Positions 10,516 to 20,465 of a stretch of DNA of 64,000 nt are shown here, piece after piece (position 1 is the first letter of the stretch; each line of letters begins with the position of its first letter). The notes below the pieces were generated by a model. It worked only from the letters and a program-made list of their open reading frames with translations. It did not search any database and had not been told where the DNA came from. This stretch comes from a bacterium. GTDB taxonomy: Bacteria; UBA8248; JACPRG01; G963555815. The stretch covers positions 64,001 to 128,000 of the forward strand of contig CBDHDG010000006.1 in NCBI GenBank assembly GCA_965261595.1, in the 5' to 3' direction. A program made the position numbers and the translations under genes.

Positions 10516-11103
10516 TCATCGCCGGTCCGGAGCGAGCCGGTCGAGCGGGAGGGGACAGACGCCGTTCACGTCGACGCGCAGGGCGCCGTTGAACTTGCTG
10601 TGATAGTTCTGCATGGCGATGGCCGAGGTGAGGCTGACAATCTCGGCGTCGTCGAAGTGTCCGCGGACTTCCTCGAAGCAGGCGTCGTCCACCTCGAGGC
10701 GGGTGTCCGTCATCCGTTCGGCGTATTCCAGGGCGGCCCGTTCCCGCTCGGTGAAGAGCGGACTCCCGCGGAACCCGGCCAGGGCCGACACCTTCTCCGC
10801 CGCGGGGCCCTCGACGCCTCCTCCTTCCGTTTTCAGCCACCTGGCCGAATGGAGGTCGATTCAGTGAAGACAGCCGTTGATCTGCGAGACGCGGATGTTG
10901 ACGAGCGTCCTAAGGCCGTCCGGGATGCGGGGGTCGGTCTCGGTGGCCTGGATCATCACCGTGACCGCCTTCAGGATCCCGGGCGCATGGGCGCGGGCCC
11001 GGGTTGTGGTCAGCACCCTCCCCAGATGTTCCTTCTGCGCGTCGTAGACGCTCCGGACCTCCTCGGGGGCGTCTTCATATTCAATCAGGGGCACTCGGGC
11101 CAT
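10516..11103 (-). CDS. AhpD/carboxymuconolactone decarboxylase family protein, probable selenoprotein (CxxU)
   Basis: ORFs 10861-11172 and 10516-10791 share one frame across a single TGA (10861-10863): RVSQINGCLH-TGA-IDLHS...LFTERERAALEYAE. A hairpin follows the TGA. Confidence 0.85.
10832..10849 (-). promoter_or_regulatory. SECIS-like hairpin
   Basis: UUCGGCC-AGGU-GGCUGAA begins 11 nt after the UGA. Confidence 0.6.
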
Positions 11104-11246
11104 TTCCCATCCTCCCCACCGGCGCTCTCGGCCCGGTCCGAGAGCCGCCCATTGTCGCTCAGGCCCAGCCAAGCGGGCGGAGACGGAACCCGGTCCCGCT
11201 CACGGCCCGGCGGTCTTGAAATTGTCCGGGAATGCGGCTCAAAGGA

Positions 11247-11829
11247 TCAAAAGGCGGCAACCGCTTCACCGCGCAGTGCGGCGACGGCGTCCTCCAGCGA
11301 CATGACTCGGGTTCCGTAGAATCTCCGCATGTAGCTCAGCGCGCTTCGATGGTCTTCCTCCGACGGACTGGAAACGGCGTCTTCCACCACGGCCGTCCGG
11401 TAACAAAGGCTCCAGGCGTCCATCACCGTGTGCTGCACCGCAGGCGTCCGTCCAGGTCCCGCCGAAGTAAAGCTCCGTGACGCCCAGCTCCCGCAGAACC
11501 AGGTCCAATCGGGTTCCCTGAAACCCGCTGTACCGCTTCTTGCGGATCTGGAAGTCGCCCGGCCGGGGGTCGAGCGCGTCCAAAACCTCCGCGTCCGGCG
11601 TGCCGACGATGCAATGGGGGCCGAAAATCTTGAAATGGATGTCGATGTCCACTTCTTCCGGCCAAAAGTTGTCCTTGATGAAAATGACGGCGACGCCCGC
11701 CTCCCGGACCGCCTCGATGAGCGCCCGGTTGGCCTCGATGAGCCGGCCGGAATTCAAGGGCGCCGGAACGGGATCTCCCTTGAAGAATCCCTTGAGCATA
11801 TCGACAATGACAACGGCCGGCCTCGCCAT
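11247..11829 (-). pseudogene. Isochorismatase-like cysteine hydrolase, +1 frameshift near 11439
   Basis: VIVDM, HCIVGT, KKRYSGF, GTWTDAC; the continuation VQHTVMDA...VVEDAV is in another frame because of one extra G right after the catalytic Cys. Confidence 0.8.
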
Positions 11830-11929
11830 GGGGGGGGGGTCTCCTCTGGAGGGGGCGGACGGCGAGCGGCGCGCGAGGCACCGTGTGGAGACCGAATCTC
11901 CGGATGACTTCCCCGGGAATCGGGAGGGG

Positions 11930-13039
11930 TCAGGAGGCCGTCCGCACCGCGCCCGCGGGCCGCAGGCGGCTCTCATCGGCGCCAAAGTAATAAAGCCTAT
12001 CCTGCTGCAGATGAACGCTGACGGCGGCGCCCGTCTGGAAATTGCGGTGTCCCTCGACCACGGCGATGAGGTTTTTCTCGCTCCCATAATCCAGGTAGAG
12101 CAGGATATCCTTCCCGAGGGGCTCCACCAGAACGATTTTCGCGCTGAAATCCTTGTCTCCCGCACTCCCCGCATCACCGACGGCCATGTGCTCCGGCCGG
12201 ATTCCGAGGGTGACCGGCCCCTCCACCTCCGGGACGGAACCGCTGAGGTGGACGATGAACTCGCCCGCCCGGAAGGACGGCGCTCCGTTCTCCCGGTGGA
12301 TCTCCCCCTCCAGGAGGTTCATCGGGGGAGACCCGAAGAAGTCCGCGACAAACAGGTTGACCGGGTCGTGGTAGATCTCCAGCGGGGTTCCCACCTGATC
12401 GATGTGCCCGTCCCTCATGACGACGATCCGGTCGGCCAGCGTCATGGCCTCTTCCTGATCGTGGGTGACGTAGACGAAGGTCGTCCCCAGCTCTTTGTGC
12501 AGGCGGTCGACCTCGGCCCGCATCTCCTTCCGGAGCTTCGCGTCCAGGTTGCTCAGGGGCTCATCCAGCAGAAACACCTGCGGTTGGGTGATCAATGTCC
12601 GAGCGAGGGCGACGCGCTGCGCCTCGCCCCCTGAGAGCTGCCCCGGAAGCTTGGACAGAAGCGGATGAATCCGGACCATCCGGGCCACGTCCTCTACGAG
12701 GCGTCGGCGCTCTTCCGGGTCCACCTTCTTCATCTTGGGCCCGAAACCGATGTTGTCGAAGACGTTCATGTGGGGAAACAGGGCCAGGTTCTGGAAGACG
12801 AGCCCGATGTCCCGCGCACCCGGTTCCAGGTCGTTGACGCGCACGGCGCCAATATAGATATCTCCCCGGGTGGGCTCCTCGAGACCGGCGATCATCCGCA
12901 GGGTCGTCGTCTTCCCGCACCCCGACGGGCCGACCAAGACGACGAACTCCTCTTCTTCGATCGTCAGGTTGGTATTCGCGACAGCGACCACGCCGCCGCC
13001 GAACTCCTTGCGAAGATTTTCCAGACGAATGCTTCCCAC
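11930..13039 (-). CDS. Carbohydrate-type ABC ATPase (MalK/UgpC-like)
   Basis: GPSGCGKT, LSGGE, LLDEP, YVTHDQ, C-terminal TOBE-like region. Confidence 0.92.
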   Translation of the reverse strand: MGSIRLENLRKEFGGGVVAVANTNLTIEEEEFVVLVGPSGCGKTTTLRMIAGLEEPTRGDIYIGAVRVNDLEPGARDIGLVFQNLALFPHMNVFDNIGFGPKMKKVDPEERRRLVEDVARMVRIHPLLSKLPGQLSGGEAQRVALARTLITQPQVFLLDEPLSNLDAKLRKEMRAEVDRLHKELGTTFVYVTHDQEEAMTLADRIVVMRDGHIDQVGTPLEIYHDPVNLFVADFFGSPPMNLLEGEIHRENGAPSFRAGEFIVHLSGSVPEVEGPVTLGIRPEHMAVGDAGSAGDKDFSAKIVLVEPLGKDILLYLDYGSEKNLIAVVEGHRNFQTGAAVSVHLQQDRLYYFGADESRLRPAGAVRTAS

Positions 13040-13042
13040 GCC

Positions 13043-13927
13043 TTATTGCCTCCGTATCATCCCAAAGGAGAATCCGCGAACCAGGTGTTTGTGAATCAAG
13101 ATCCCGATGACGATGAGGGGGATGGTCACGCCGATGGACATGGCGGACTGGAGTCCGTAGAGCCTTCCCTCGCTCGCCCCCTCGAACTTGCTGAGCTGCA
13201 CCGGCATGGTTTGCGCATCGGCCGCCGTCATGACCAGGGCCAGGAGATACTCGCTCCACGTCAAGATGAGAATGAACATGCACGTCGCCACAATACCTGA
13301 CCGGATCAGAGGGACGACGATGGTGAAAAACGCCCGGAGCTTGCTCGCCCCCAGGAGCTGGGCGGCCTGCTCCATCTCCTCCGGCACCTCATCGATGAAG
13401 GACTTGGTCATCCAGGCCGCGTAAGGGATGGTCGTGATCGTGTAGATGATGATCATCCCGTGCCAGGTGTCCAGAAATTTCAGCGTCGAATACCAGATCA
13501 CGAGGGGGATGGCGATGACGATGGGGGGCATCATCCGGAGTATGAGGAGGTTGAACATCCGCCTTTCCGGGATGATCTGGTAGCGCGAGACCCCATAGGC
13601 CAACAGGAGTCCGATGGCCACGGAAAGGAGGGTCGCACTGCCCGCAATGACGACGCTGTTCCCCAGAGCCAGGAGGGGATCCAGGTTGATGGTGGGCAAT
13701 ACGATGCCCGGACGCGGGATCATCTGGTATCCCATCCAGGTGACGTAGAAGTTCTCCAATGTAGGCGGAGATGGAAACCAAGTGGGCGGCCAGGTGTACC
13801 ACTGCTCCGGGAGCTTGAATGCGGTCGTCACCATCCAATAGATGGGGAGGATCGATATGAGCAGCCACAAAGAGAGCAGGGCATGTCGGACGCTTAAGAA
13901 AACCTTCCTCCGTGTGTCTCGTCTCAA
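13043..13927 (-). CDS. Carbohydrate ABC permease
   Basis: EAA-like loop EMEQAAQLLGAS; about 6 TM. Confidence 0.88.
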   Translation of the reverse strand: MRRDTRRKVFLSVRHALLSLWLLISILPIYWMVTTAFKLPEQWYTWPPTWFPSPPTLENFYVTWMGYQMIPRPGIVLPTINLDPLLALGNSVVIAGSATLLSVAIGLLLAYGVSRYQIIPERRMFNLLILRMMPPIVIAIPLVIWYSTLKFLDTWHGMIIIYTITTIPYAAWMTKSFIDEVPEEMEQAAQLLGASKLRAFFTIVVPLIRSGIVATCMFILILTWSEYLLALVMTAADAQTMPVQLSKFEGASEGRLYGLQSAMSIGVTIPLIVIGILIHKHLVRGFSFGMIRRQ

Positions 13928-13931
13928 GATT

Positions 13932-14858
13932 TCAGCCCTCCGTCTTCGCGAACATCACGTCCAGGGACTGTTTCTGCCGCAGCAACGTCCGGATGGCGAA
14001 GTAGATGATGGTCCCCACGAGCAGGAGGACGATGTAGCTCATGGCCGCCGCATGCGAGACGTTCGCATACTCCCAGGCCGTCAGGTAGAGGTAGACAGGG
14101 ATGGTCTCCGTGGCGGTTCCCGGCCCCCCTTGGGTGATGGTCCAGAACTTGGGGAACTCGGCCAGGGCTTCCAGGAATCTCAAGATGATCGCCAATAAAA
14201 TGACCGGTTTCAGAAGGGGCAGCGTCACGTGGGCGAAGATCTGCCACCGGCTGGCACCCAGGACCTGGGCGGCCTCGACGGGCTCCTTCGGCATGCTCAC
14301 CAACCCCGCCAGCAGGATGATCATGACAAAGGGGGTCCAGTTCCAGGTCTCGATCAGGACCATGCTGGCAAAGGCCGCGGTGGGGTCCCCCAGCCAGGAG
14401 AGCCGGATGTCCCCGGGGACAAAGAGGCTCAGGATCTGGTTGATGGGGCCGTCCTGGTAGAGAAGCATCTGAAAGGTGAAACCGATGACCACGGGAACCG
14501 TGAGCATCGGGATGATGAAGATCATGTAGTAAAAGCCCCGGCCGCGGAAGGGTTTTTGAAGGAGATAGGCCAGGCCGAAGCCGAGGAGGAGAGTGAGGAG
14601 GGTCGAGAGCCCCGCGAAGATGAAAGACCTGGCCAGCGCCAGAAGGAATCGCTCCTCGGTGAGGGCCTCCCAAAAGACCTCGAGACCAACGAATTCCGCG
14701 CTCCACCAGGGTCCCAGGTAGGCCGTCCACTGGTGGAGGGTGAGATAGATTTGGAGGAGGAGGACAGGGATCATAAACAGGAGGGCGAGAACAATGGGGG
14801 TGAGCGCCCCCCAACGGAGGAGCCCGCCCTTTCGCCTGACCGGGGTTGCCTGGACCAT
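13932..14858 (-). CDS. Carbohydrate ABC permease
   Basis: EAAQVLGASRWQIF, TQGGPGTATE. Confidence 0.9.
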   Translation of the reverse strand: MVQATPVRRKGGLLRWGALTPIVLALLFMIPVLLLQIYLTLHQWTAYLGPWWSAEFVGLEVFWEALTEERFLLALARSFIFAGLSTLLTLLLGFGLAYLLQKPFRGRGFYYMIFIIPMLTVPVVIGFTFQMLLYQDGPINQILSLFVPGDIRLSWLGDPTAAFASMVLIETWNWTPFVMIILLAGLVSMPKEPVEAAQVLGASRWQIFAHVTLPLLKPVILLAIILRFLEALAEFPKFWTITQGGPGTATETIPVYLYLTAWEYANVSHAAAMSYIVLLLVGTIIYFAIRTLLRQKQSLDVMFAKTEG

Positions 14859-14880
14859 CTTTCTCCAACTCAAATAAGAG

Positions 14881-14916
14881 CGTAGGCCCGGGGACCCCAA
14901 GGCCCCCGGGCCTACG
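14881..14916. other. Stem-loop between binding-protein and permease genes
   Basis: CGTAGGCCCGGG...CCCGGGCCTACG, perfect 12-bp inverted repeat. Confidence 0.7.
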
Positions 14917-14936
14917 TCAGCTACATCGCTTCAGCC

Positions 14937-16397
14937 CTACTTCGGAACATCGACCTTGGGCATCGCGGCGCGGTACGACTTCACGTCCTTCTTCATCCGC
15001 GCTTTCCCGACCCGGCGGATGATTTTGTGCCAGTCTTTCTCGATCTGCTTCAAGGCCTCTCGGGGTTTGACGAGCCCGAGCCAGGCGTTCGAGATGTTCT
15101 TGTCGAGGGTGTCGTTAAACTCCTGCGCCCCTGTCGTACGGACCATCGGGGAGTTGATCTGCTGGTTGAGGTAAATGGCGTCCGTGCCGGCGGGCGTGTA
15201 GGCCTTGCGGACTTCGGGGTCTGTGAAGTGCTCCTCCCGCCAGGGGTCGTGCACGGGGCTGATAGACCCGCCGACGATGTAGGTGGAGTTGCGCTTTGAT
15301 GTCCACCACATGGCCAAGTGGGCCGCCGCGGCCTTGTTCTTGCCAAAGTCATTCACCACAACGAGGGGCGGGCCGGCCGCACACGTCCGGGCGATCTTCC
15401 TCCCATCCGGCATCTCGTTCGCGGGCACGGCACCATGGGCCCACTTCCCGGCCGACTTCGACTTCTTGGCGTTCTCCAGGATGGGCAGAACGCCTCCCCA
15501 GTAGATGCTCTGGTAGCCCTTCGCCCCGCCGAGATGCAGCCACATCTGGGCGGTCCCCCAGTTGTCGAGGTCCTTCGTAACGTACTTCTTCTCCGCGAGA
15601 TAGGCCCCGAGGGCCGCTTCGGCGGTGTCGTTGTCGAAGTTCAAGGAAAGGTCGTCGTTGAAGGGGAAGAGCCCGTGGTTGTAGTAGTTGATGAAGAACC
15701 ACCAAAACCCCCAGCGCCTCGCCCGAAGGTTCCCGAAGCCGGTCATCTTGTTCGGGTCCGATCCGAAGTACGCGCCCTGATTGAGGTACTCCTTCCAGGT
15801 GGTGGCGAACTTCAGGGGGACGCCGTACTTGTCCGCGTAGCGCTTCTGGTGATCCGGATCTTCCAGGAGGTCTTTGCGGACAAAATACGTGTGGCAGTTT
15901 CCGTCCGTCACCAGCCCGATGGTCTTTCCATCGATCTGAGACATCTCGACGAACGTCCCCACGCTCGAATAGTCGAATTTGGCCGACTCCATGTAATCAT
16001 TGAGCGGTGCCGCGAGACCCCCGGTGTACAGGGTCGGGACGGTGTCGCTGTGGACGTGCAACAGGTCGATCTTCCCGGAGCGCGACACCATCTCCGCCAT
16101 GGCCCGCGAGGACAGCTGGGGGAACCCGATGTCGATGGGTTTCCCGAGGCCGATCCCCGTACGCTTCTTGAAGGCGGCCGCCAGCTCCACCATTTCACCC
16201 TTGGAGTGGCCGCCCCAGGCGACAAAGCTCAGGTCTACGTTCTTATTCAGCTTTTTCGCTGACTCGATGATGCGCTCTTCATCGGGCCCTGGATCAGGCA
16301 CACTTGTGTAGGCGTCGGCCTTGGTGTGAACAAAGGGGCCCGCCGCAGCCATCGCCCCCGCCGCCATTGTTCCCTTGAGAAACGTTCTGCGCTTCAT
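14937..16397 (-). CDS. Extracellular solute-binding protein, Tat-exported
   Basis: Twin-arginine signal MKRRTFLKG, YFVRKDLL, TTWKEY; first gene of the CUT1-type operon. Confidence 0.85.
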   Translation of the reverse strand: MKRRTFLKGTMAAGAMAAAGPFVHTKADAYTSVPDPGPDEERIIESAKKLNKNVDLSFVAWGGHSKGEMVELAAAFKKRTGIGLGKPIDIGFPQLSSRAMAEMVSRSGKIDLLHVHSDTVPTLYTGGLAAPLNDYMESAKFDYSSVGTFVEMSQIDGKTIGLVTDGNCHTYFVRKDLLEDPDHQKRYADKYGVPLKFATTWKEYLNQGAYFGSDPNKMTGFGNLRARRWGFWWFFINYYNHGLFPFNDDLSLNFDNDTAEAALGAYLAEKKYVTKDLDNWGTAQMWLHLGGAKGYQSIYWGGVLPILENAKKSKSAGKWAHGAVPANEMPDGRKIARTCAAGPPLVVVNDFGKNKAAAAHLAMWWTSKRNSTYIVGGSISPVHDPWREEHFTDPEVRKAYTPAGTDAIYLNQQINSPMVRTTGAQEFNDTLDKNISNAWLGLVKPREALKQIEKDWHKIIRRVGKARMKKDVKSYRAAMPKVDVPK

Positions 16398-16504
16398 TCC
16401 ATTCCCTCCTCCCGTTGGCCGCTCCCCCCAGAAGGACCCCCCTCCTGGCGAATAAGAGCGGCAGGCTCAAGACTTCGCAGGTCGTACAGACGCCACCGCT
16501 ACCT

Positions 16505-16550
16505 CATGGACGTTTGGAGTACACCCCATGGACGTTTGGAGTACACCCCA
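16505..16550. repeat. Perfect 22-bp tandem duplication
   Basis: CATGGACGTTTGGAGTACACCC twice, back to back, upstream of the binding-protein gene. Confidence 0.9.
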
Positions 16551-16640
16551 GTCGGCAACTCCGCCACAACTCCGTTTCCCATGACCGGCCTTCCTGCGTC
16601 GCTTTTGCCGCCCAGGCGGGACGAAGCCGGAACCCCATCC

Positions 16641-17375
16641 TCAATCAGGCCCCTTGGCCTCGGCGCCCGCCGCGATCTTCTCCTTGAACTCCTCGTTGGT
16701 CAGTGTCCATCCCAGGCACCGGGCGACGTTCTGGAGGCCCAGGACGTGGAGGTCGTCGCCGTACATGCTGGCGACGCAATCGGACATCACGATCACCCGA
16801 TAATCTTTGTTGAAAGCGGTGAAGGCCGTGTTCATCACGCAGGTGTTCGTGTTGATGCCCATGAGACAAACGTTCTCAACGCCCAGGGACAAGAGCAAGC
16901 CTTCCAAATCCGTCCCCATGAAACAGTCCAGGCGCTTTTTGTTGTCGATCACGTAGTCGCCTTCGGCGTAGAGGCTGGGGATGATCTCCGTCTGGACCGA
17001 GCCCATGATGTTGTGGTCGTCCACGGTGCTTTTGCGCCCGGGGCTCAGCCGGTTCTTTTCGTCCTGGATATCGTGGAGCGCCTTCCAGAAGGGGACCCGC
17101 ATCCCCTCGCTCCCCAGGCCGGGAATCTTGCGGAAGACCAGCTTCACATGGACGATGGGAACGCCGTGGACGCGGGCGAAGTCGATGACGTCCTCAGCGG
17201 CCTTGATCACCCGCTCGGCGTCCTCCGCCGAGGCGGGCATGGTGGCCACCTCCGGGTCCAGGTGCCCCCGGTGCATGTCGATGGTCACAATGGCCGATTT
17301 CTCGGGCTCCAAGGTCAGCATCGACGCAAGCTGATCTCTCATCTCGGAACGATCGACGATCTCAACGGTCGCCAT
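16641..17375 (-). CDS. Cysteine hydrolase (isochorismatase family)
   Basis: IVTIDM, KKRLDCF, GINTNTCV (D-K-C triad); GGAGG RBS. Confidence 0.88.
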   Translation of the reverse strand: MATVEIVDRSEMRDQLASMLTLEPEKSAIVTIDMHRGHLDPEVATMPASAEDAERVIKAAEDVIDFARVHGVPIVHVKLVFRKIPGLGSEGMRVPFWKALHDIQDEKNRLSPGRKSTVDDHNIMGSVQTEIIPSLYAEGDYVIDNKKRLDCFMGTDLEGLLLSLGVENVCLMGINTNTCVMNTAFTAFNKDYRVIVMSDCVASMYGDDLHVLGLQNVARCLGWTLTNEEFKEKIAAGAEAKGPD

Positions 17376-17810
17376 GTTCACACCTCCTCCAGATTAGGGC
17401 GGGGATCCATCTCTCCCCCAGGAAACGGCAGAAGCGGCATTCACAACCCAAAGAACCAAAATTCCATGACAGCGAATGGATCGTAAAACCGATGGGTGCG
17501 CCGAGCCCCCCACTCCGGCCATCGGTTGACTGGTTATCCCCTATTGGTGCGTTGGGCGTGCCCCGGTCGGATCAAACTGCACATTGCATCATTTTACCAC
17601 ATCAAAGACGAATGTCAAGCGGGCCAGATTCGGAAATCATTTAAAGGAGGATTCTCCGGTCCGGGACCCCCCGGCTCACGGGTGCCAGAACCAGACCTGA
17701 TGCATTAAATCGCCGCGGCCGTTCACCCGGGCGCGAACCTGTTCGTACCAGAGGATCTTCCCGTCGGCGGTCTTGATCTCGACCGTCGCCTTTCCCAGCC
17801 GCACTCTCCG

Positions 17811-18107
17811 TTACTCGGAGCGTCCCTCCAGCCAATCGCACAGGGCGTCCAGGGCATAGAGATATCCCTTCTCCTTGAAACCCATGATCACCCCGATCGC
17901 GCTCTTCGCGAGGACCGAGCGGCCTCCGCGGGCCTCCAGGTTCTTCATGTGGACCTCCACGCAGGGGATGCCCGTCATCCGCGGGGTCTCCTCGGCGGCC
18001 GGCGAGCTGCGGGTGTGAAACCCCCGGGGTTCATGACGAGACCGTCCCAGCCTTTCAAGAACGCCTCCTGAATCAGGTCGATGCGCCCGCCCTCATGGTT
18101 GGTGTAA
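17811..18107 (-). pseudogene. aroQ: Type II 3-dehydroquinate dehydratase remnant, 5'-truncated and frameshifted
   Basis: Manual translation gives TNHEGGRIDLIQEA...DGLVMNPGGFT, a shift near 18010, then IPCVEVHMKNLEAR...GVIMGF..GYLYALDAL. Confidence 0.75.
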
Positions 18108-18307
18108 CGGACCGAAATTCGTCGGACCGGATCAAAGCGGCGCGGGGTGATTGCGCGAAACGGAATTTACCCTTATAACGTTTCAACAACCTTGAAATTA
18201 TCGGTCGGATTGAAATTCGGAAATCGGCTGTTCGGAGATGCGCGGGCGGTCGGAGGGGCGCCGCGGCGCTTCCGCGCGCGGATGAAACACGACGGGGAGG
18301 GTGGCTC

Positions 18308-19474
18308 ATGATCAAGCGAATTTATGGAATGGCGGTCGGAGCGCTGTTGATCGCGGCGCCGGCCTTTTCCGCCGGGCCCGTCGAGATCGGCATGATCACC
18401 ACGCTCTCGGGCGGCGGCAGCGCCATCGGGATTGACGTCCGGGACGGGTTCATGCTGGCCGTCGACCAGGAGGGCGGAAAGCTCGGCGGCCATCGGGTCA
18501 AGGTGCTGATCGAGGACTCCGCCCGCAAGCCGGGCAGGGGCAAGCAGATCTCCGACCGCTTCGTGAAGCGCGACAAGGTCGACATCATGACCGGGATCAT
18601 CTGGTCCAACATCGCCATCGCCGTCGTCCCGAAAGTCGTGCGCAAGGGAATCTTCTACATCAGCCCCAACGCCGGCCCGTCCTATCTCGCGGGGAAGAAT
18701 TGCCACAAGAATTACTTCAACGCCTCCTGGCAGAACGACAACCTGCCCGAGGCCATGGGGCAGTATCTTCAAAAGAAAGGGCTCAAGCGGATCTATCTCA
18801 TCTCGGTCAACTACCCGGCGGGCAAGGATATGCTGAAGGGGTTCCGCCGATTCTACAAGGGCCAGCCGGTGGCCGAGGTGTACGCCAAGTTGGGACAGAA
18901 AGACTACGCGGCGGAAATCGCGGCCGTCCGCAACGCCAACCCGGAAGCGGTGTTCTTCTTCCTGCCGGGCGGGATGGGGATCAGCTTCCTCAAACAGTGG
19001 GGCCAGGCGGGGCTCACGGGAAAGATCGCCCTGTACGGGCCGGGGTTCTCCTTCGACCAGACCATCCTCAAGGCCGCCGGCAAGGCCGCGCTGGGGGTGG
19101 TCAACTCCACCCAGTGGAACAAGGACCTCCCCAACGCGGCGAACAGGCGCTTCGTCGCCGATTTCAAAAAGAAGTTCGGGCGTCTGCCTTCGCTCTTCGC
19201 CAGCCAGGGGTATGACACCGCGCGGCTGATCGCAAGCGCCATCCGGGCCGTCGGCGGGGACATGTCCAGGAAGAACGACTTCCGCGAGGCGCTCCGCAAA
19301 GCCGACTTCGAGGCGGTCCGGGGCAACTTCAAGTTTTCCGACAACCATCACCCGATCCACGACATCTATATCCGGGTGGTGGTGGAAGAGAACGGCGTCG
19401 TCACGAACAAAACCATCGGCAAGGCAATGGCCATGCGCTCCAACGCTTACATCGATCAATGCAAAATGAAGTAG
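18308..19474 (+). CDS. Liv-type ABC substrate-binding protein
   Basis: Signal peptide, IGMITTLSG, QGYDTA, VRGNFKF. Confidence 0.88.
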   Translation: MIKRIYGMAVGALLIAAPAFSAGPVEIGMITTLSGGGSAIGIDVRDGFMLAVDQEGGKLGGHRVKVLIEDSARKPGRGKQISDRFVKRDKVDIMTGIIWSNIAIAVVPKVVRKGIFYISPNAGPSYLAGKNCHKNYFNASWQNDNLPEAMGQYLQKKGLKRIYLISVNYPAGKDMLKGFRRFYKGQPVAEVYAKLGQKDYAAEIAAVRNANPEAVFFFLPGGMGISFLKQWGQAGLTGKIALYGPGFSFDQTILKAAGKAALGVVNSTQWNKDLPNAANRRFVADFKKKFGRLPSLFASQGYDTARLIASAIRAVGGDMSRKNDFREALRKADFEAVRGNFKFSDNHHPIHDIYIRVVVEENGVVTNKTIGKAMAMRSNAYIDQCKMK

Positions 19475-19484
19475 GCGGAAAAGG

Positions 19485-19520
19485 GGCGGCGGGGGTTAAC
19501 GTCCCCGCCGCCTTTTTTTT
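19485..19520 (+). terminator. Intrinsic terminator-like hairpin inside the operon
   Basis: GGCGGCGGGG / CCCCGCCGCC followed by T8. Confidence 0.75.
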
Positions 19521-19544
19521 GACCCGCTTCGGCGGACGCGGCCG

Positions 19545-20465
19545 ATGAGCTCCCTGCTGGTCCTGGAACAGGTCCTGAACGGTCTTCAGTTCGGGGTGAT
19601 GCTGTTTCTGATGGCGGCCGGGCTGACGCTGGTGTTCGGGATCATGGATCTCCTGAACCTGGCGCACGGCTCCCTTTACATGGTGGGGGCCTATCTGGCC
19701 GCTACGGTCTTTCAGGCCACCGGGTCGTTCCTTCTGGGCCTTGTGGTGGCGCTTCCCGGCACGGCCCTGGTCGGGATGGCGGTGGAAGTCCTTACGCTGC
19801 GCACCCTGTACAGCCGCGATCATCTCGACCAGGTGCTCGTGACCTTCGGCCTCATCCTCTTCTTCAACGAGCTGACGAAGATCGTCTGGGGGCCCCAGGC
19901 CTTGTTTCTCGATGTGCCCGACGCCCTGTCGGGCACCGTGGAGATCCTCCCCGGGGCGCCGTATCCGGCGTTCCGGCTGGCGATCATCGGGGTGGGAATC
20001 GGGGTCGCGGCGGGGCTTTATTTCCTGATCACCAAGACCCGGCTCGGCATGCTGATCCGCGCCAGCGCGACCCATCGGGAGATCGTCGGCGCGATGGGGA
20101 TCAACGTAGGGCGGCTCTACACGCTGGTCTTCGGCCTGGGCGCCATGCTGGCCGGTCTGGCGGGCGTGATGGCCGGGCCCATCTACGCCGTGGAAGTCGG
20201 GATGGGCGAAGACATCCTGATCCTGACCTTCGTCGTCATCGTCATCGGCGGGATCGGCTCGATCCGCGGGGCCTTGCTGGGGGCGGTTCTCGTCGGTCTG
20301 ATCGACACGCTGGGCCGCGCCTTCCTCCCTACGATTCTGAAGCTCTTCACCGACGCGGCCACGGCCGACGGGGTGGGGGCGTCCCTCGCCTCGATGCTGA
20401 TCTACATTCTGATGGCCCTCGTGCTGGCGTGGAAACCCCGGGGGTTGCTCCCGGCCCATGCGTAA
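19545..20465 (+). CDS. livH: Liv-type ABC permease
   Basis: GLTLVFGIMDLLNLAHG, TRLGMLIRA, IGGIGSIRGA. Confidence 0.88.
   Translation: MSSLLVLEQVLNGLQFGVMLFLMAAGLTLVFGIMDLLNLAHGSLYMVGAYLAATVFQATGSFLLGLVVALPGTALVGMAVEVLTLRTLYSRDHLDQVLVTFGLILFFNELTKIVWGPQALFLDVPDALSGTVEILPGAPYPAFRLAIIGVGIGVAAGLYFLITKTRLGMLIRASATHREIVGAMGINVGRLYTLVFGLGAMLAGLAGVMAGPIYAVEVGMGEDILILTFVVIVIGGIGSIRGALLGAVLVGLIDTLGRAFLPTILKLFTDAATADGVGASLASMLIYILMALVLAWKPRGLLPAHA

Noticed and set aside
16505..16550. Mini-CRISPR
   Set aside because: Two abutting copies with no spacer.
17680..17803. Small minus-strand ORF after the aroQ relic (VRLGKATVEIKTADGK...)
   Set aside because: Looks like a gene fragment, but is too short to assign a family.
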